Shown here piece by piece: positions 60,898-64,000 of a stretch of DNA of 64,000 nt (its first letter is position 1; the number at the start of each line of letters is the position of its first letter). The position numbers and the translations under genes were made by a program. Below the pieces are notes generated by a model. It saw nothing but the letters and a program-made list of their open reading frames with translations, searched no databases and had not been told where the DNA came from. Location of the stretch: IMG/VR virus record IMGVR_UViG_3300024269_004845. One strand, given 5' to 3'. The stretch is from a virus. Lineage: Duplodnaviria; Caudoviricetes.

Positions 60898-60998
60898 TAA
60901 CGCAGTATATAAGCATAATTATTAATTATTTATTATAATATAAAAGATGAAGAGTCGTTTATTATGACTATTTGAAATAATTGAAAGGAGTTGTTTTC

Positions 60999-61277
60999 AT
61001 GAACAAGGCACAACTTATTAAGGCTATTAGCGAGGAGAGTGGTCTTTCTCAGAAGGACACTGCACTTTTCTTAGATTCTTTCGTTAATGTCGTTACCGAA
61101 GCAGTAGTTAATGATGATAAAGTCAAAATTGTTGATTTCGGTACTTTCTATTCTAAGGAAAGAGCTCCTAAGTTAGGAGTTAATCCTAAGAATCCTAGCG
61201 AAAAGATTCAAATTCCTGCTAAAGTCGTTCCTACATTTAGTGCTGGAAAGGGATTTAAGAATAAATTCGAAAAGTAA
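60999..61277 (+). CDS. hup: HU family DNA-binding protein
   Basis: MNKAQLI, FGTF, GVNP..IQIPAKVVPTFSAGK. Confidence 0.93.
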   Translation: MNKAQLIKAISEESGLSQKDTALFLDSFVNVVTEAVVNDDKVKIVDFGTFYSKERAPKLGVNPKNPSEKIQIPAKVVPTFSAGKGFKNKFEK

Positions 61278-61314
61278 TTAATTTTAGTTTTTTGAAAGAG
61301 GTGGCGAATTAAAA

Positions 61315-61692
61315 ATGTATATAGTGTATAGTATAGGTATCATGTTTATTATGTTTTGTATTGTCGATTTGGTATACATGGGGTATAAAAAATATTTGGA
61401 ATTCGTTTCAAAAAAAAGTGGACAAAAGAGAGATGAAAATGTATCATTACTATATCCATCCGTATTTTTAGTTGGTTGCCTAATAAGAATTCTATTCTAC
61501 GAAAAAAACGTCGCTTTTTTAATATTGTTTAAAGAGACCTTTTTATGGGGACTTTTAGCACTATTAATAATTTTTAATATTATCGTCATAAAAAACCGTA
61601 TCAGTTCTGCGAAGAAAGATATTTCGATATTTAAGAATATAGAAAAAAGCGATGGCGAAAAATTGTTTAAAAAGAGAAATAATAAGAAATGA
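61315..61692 (+). CDS. Small membrane protein
   Basis: Three hydrophobic segments; GAGGTG RBS. Confidence 0.5.
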   Translation: MYIVYSIGIMFIMFCIVDLVYMGYKKYLEFVSKKSGQKRDENVSLLYPSVFLVGCLIRILFYEKNVAFLILFKETFLWGLLALLIIFNIIVIKNRISSAKKDISIFKNIEKSDGEKLFKKRNNKK

Positions 61693-61747
61693 TTTACATA
61701 ATAATAGGGTTGGCAAAAGCCAACCCTATTATTGTTTTTATATTTTG

Positions 61748-62635
61748 TTAAAGCGGGAATTTGCTTATTATTTCTACTTTTTTGTTGTATTCATTTATTT
61801 TTTGTTGCGCGGTTTCTTCCATTTCTAGTATCATAGAATTTGCCATTTGTTTTTTGGATTGCCAATTCTCTCCTGTGATTTTGTATTTAAGGATTGCTTC
61901 TTTTATTACCCCAACTGTTGCAAGTTCTGTTTCTGCAGACTCTCTTTTTGCGTTCAGGTCTGCAAGCAACTTCTCCTTTGTGGAGTTAAAAGAAATATCT
62001 TTTTCGAAAAATTCATCACATGTCTTTATTATGGAAGTTCTTAACTCTGATGGGTTTTTAGAGATTAAATCTTCTTTATTTTCTACATAATTAGATAAAA
62101 TTTCATCTATTGAAGAAAGAAATTTTGACTTGTTTTCTTCCATGTTGTCTTTTGTTCTATATTTATTTTCTGTAAAAAAACGAATTTTTTCCTTTAAAGA
62201 AAACTTATCTATTAATGCCTCTGATAAAAATAAATTTTGATTGATTGCTAGAAAATTGTTCGTTAGGTCGTTCTTATATTGAACATTATTCATTATACTT
62301 AAAATGGTATTAACATCTAATGTTGACTCCATAATAAGATTGTTAATGTTCCCTGCATGTCCTAAATATTCTAATAAACATTCATTGCTAACATCTGAAC
62401 TTTTAGTTAGGTCAAATGGAATAGAAATGATTTCATATGGCTCAAATACCGTGCCATTATTTTTGATTGCTAGCTGTCTAGAAGGCTTTGAGTCTGCCTT
62501 TTGTTGCATCTTTGTTAATTTTTTACTATAAACTGCTTCAATTTCTTCAATTACAAATACTGCTCCATCTTTGGCATATAGCATTCCTATTGGAGTTGTT
62601 GATACTTTATTTTTTGAAAAAGAATCTAAAAACAT
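61748..62635 (-). CDS. Hypothetical protein, helical C-terminus
   Basis: GGAGGT RBS; no motif recognised. Confidence 0.55.
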   Translation of the reverse strand: MFLDSFSKNKVSTTPIGMLYAKDGAVFVIEEIEAVYSKKLTKMQQKADSKPSRQLAIKNNGTVFEPYEIISIPFDLTKSSDVSNECLLEYLGHAGNINNLIMESTLDVNTILSIMNNVQYKNDLTNNFLAINQNLFLSEALIDKFSLKEKIRFFTENKYRTKDNMEENKSKFLSSIDEILSNYVENKEDLISKNPSELRTSIIKTCDEFFEKDISFNSTKEKLLADLNAKRESAETELATVGVIKEAILKYKITGENWQSKKQMANSMILEMEETAQQKINEYNKKVEIISKFPL

Positions 62636-62809
62636 AATAGAACCTCCCGATAAAACTTTTAAAATAAATTATTTAGACTATATTATTATATAATAATATT
62701 GTATAAATAATTGCTGTAATCGTTTTGACAAAAGATTTTGGGTTTTACTCTTGATTTTTTTGTTTGGATGTGTTATGATAAATACAAAATATTTTTGGAG
62801 GGTTGAGAG

Positions 62810-63217
62810 ATGAAAAAAATAGTAACTTTGATTTTAGTCATCTGTATGGCTGTTGGGGTTATGTCTTTAACTGGCTGTTCTAAAAATGAATCCAATTCTG
62901 ATATTAGAATAGCCGTTTATAATACTAGATACAATGGTGATTTGCAGAATGACTACCCAGATTATATTCTTACAAGTGATAAAGTGTTAGAAATGATTGA
63001 TTCTGGTACTGGTGATGGTCCTCTTGAAGAGTATAGTGAGGTTAGAGTACTTCATAAATTGGTTTATTATAATGAATCAGGAGAAGAGATAACTGTTATC
63101 ATTCAGAATATTGGTAAGGTTACATATATGCGTATCGGGCTTCCTCAAGCCGTGCATTATTTGACAGACGCTGAACTTCATGAATTGTTGCTAGAAATAA
63201 CTGGGGCTAATAAGTAA
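62810..63217 (+). CDS. Small lipoprotein
   Basis: Lipobox LTGC; upstream TTGATT..TG.TATGAT promoter. Confidence 0.7.
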   Translation: MKKIVTLILVICMAVGVMSLTGCSKNESNSDIRIAVYNTRYNGDLQNDYPDYILTSDKVLEMIDSGTGDGPLEEYSEVRVLHKLVYYNESGEEITVIIQNIGKVTYMRIGLPQAVHYLTDAELHELLLEITGANK

Positions 63218-63261
63218 GTAAAAGGGCCCAAATAATGGGCCCTTTTATAATTATTATCATT

Positions 63262-63915
63262 TTATGCGTGTTTCTTCTCTCTGGGCTTTCTAGAATAATT
63301 GGGGTCAATGGAAATTTTAATATTCTCGAGATTGTAGCCCAATTCAACCAGTGCCTTTTTTAAGAAATACATATTGTTAATTGCAAGCTTTGCGACATCC
63401 ACATAAACAGCGTTGCGACCAGAGCCAATCATTGCGGGGTCAGACATATCCTGGTTTGTTTTTGCAAAATAAAGATGTCGGTCTCCATTAACATTGGGGT
63501 TATCACAGAGTGTCATGAATTTGGAAGCATCTTTATTGTATGCCATTCTGCAGGCCGTTTCGGTTAGAGAACGGAAACTATTTACGAGTTCAGTTTTTCC
63601 GTCCATTTCGATGGATACAGGTCTTTTGTTGGTTAAGTTTTCCGTAATGGCAACAGTGGTAGTTTCCACATCTGTAATGGGGTTGCTTTGAGAATTGTTT
63701 TCGTTTTTTGAACTATTTTTATTTTTCTTCTTGGGCTTAGGTTCATTTGCGTAGGAATCATTTAAGATGGAATCTACATTGTTAATCATTTGAATTTCTT
63801 TGGAAAGTTCTTCGATTTTCTTTGTGTCTGCATTTACTGCGGCAGAAAAAAGTTCTTTAGAAGCGATGTCCTTTTCGATGTTGATAATTTCTTTGATTTT
63901 GTTAATGTGAGTCAT
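63262..63915 (-). CDS. Protein with C-terminal SeqA-C-like DNA-binding domain
   Basis: TNKRP..RHLYFAK..P..I..VYVD..LKKAL.ELGY pattern resembles SeqA-C-like domains. Confidence 0.4.
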   Translation of the reverse strand: MTHINKIKEIINIEKDIASKELFSAAVNADTKKIEELSKEIQMINNVDSILNDSYANEPKPKKKNKNSSKNENNSQSNPITDVETTTVAITENLTNKRPVSIEMDGKTELVNSFRSLTETACRMAYNKDASKFMTLCDNPNVNGDRHLYFAKTNQDMSDPAMIGSGRNAVYVDVAKLAINNMYFLKKALVELGYNLENIKISIDPNYSRKPREKKHA

Positions 63916-64000
63916 TTTAAAAGCTCCTTTTTAAAAATTTGAGGTTTCTAATTTGATTATTACCTAATTTAATCATTTTATTCATGGAGGAGGTTTGTTT

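Larger units (their letters stand above)
1..64000. mobile_element. Segment of a probable large conjugative plasmid/extrachromosomal element of a Clostridia-like host
   Basis: VirD4, Replic_Relax proteins, TopB, Tad pilus genes and PcfJ proteins present. secY lies outside any ribosomal-protein operon. No rRNA, tRNA or virion genes. GATC/CCGG avoided. Confidence 0.75.

Noticed and set aside
1-64000. Jumbo phage, CRISPR array, IS/integrase, tRNA or rRNA
   Set aside because: No virion, terminase, transposase or integrase motifs and no regularly spaced direct repeats were seen. A phage-plasmid or chromid cannot be excluded from this window alone.

Overview
This 64 kb window is gene-dense, AT-rich and Clostridia-like. 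It is best read as part of a very large conjugative plasmid or extrachromosomal element, not a chromosome (inference). It has no rRNA, tRNA, ribosomal-protein operons, transposases, CRISPR or phage structural genes. It does carry a VirD4 coupling protein, Replic_Relax (MOB_C-like) proteins, TopB, scattered Tad/Flp pilus genes, its own secY-secE pair and signal peptidase, and a recombination kit (RecA, RecD2, RuvC, HerA, a Mre11-Rad50N fusion plus a separate Rad50C, SSB, HU). A subset of genes has GC-richer codon usage and shares a TATAATAATATAAGCACA-type upstream motif. That subset is the SSB / primase / HIRAN-AAA+ / metallopeptidase-vWA cluster, three tandem PcfJ + zinc-ribbon gene pairs, a DUF3150-like gene and a small charged ORF, and it is the best candidate for an undescribed system. 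Also notable: an unannotated ~235-nt structured RNA upstream of virD4, and no GATC site found by eye anywhere in the window. All family calls come from motif recognition by eye; no searches were run.
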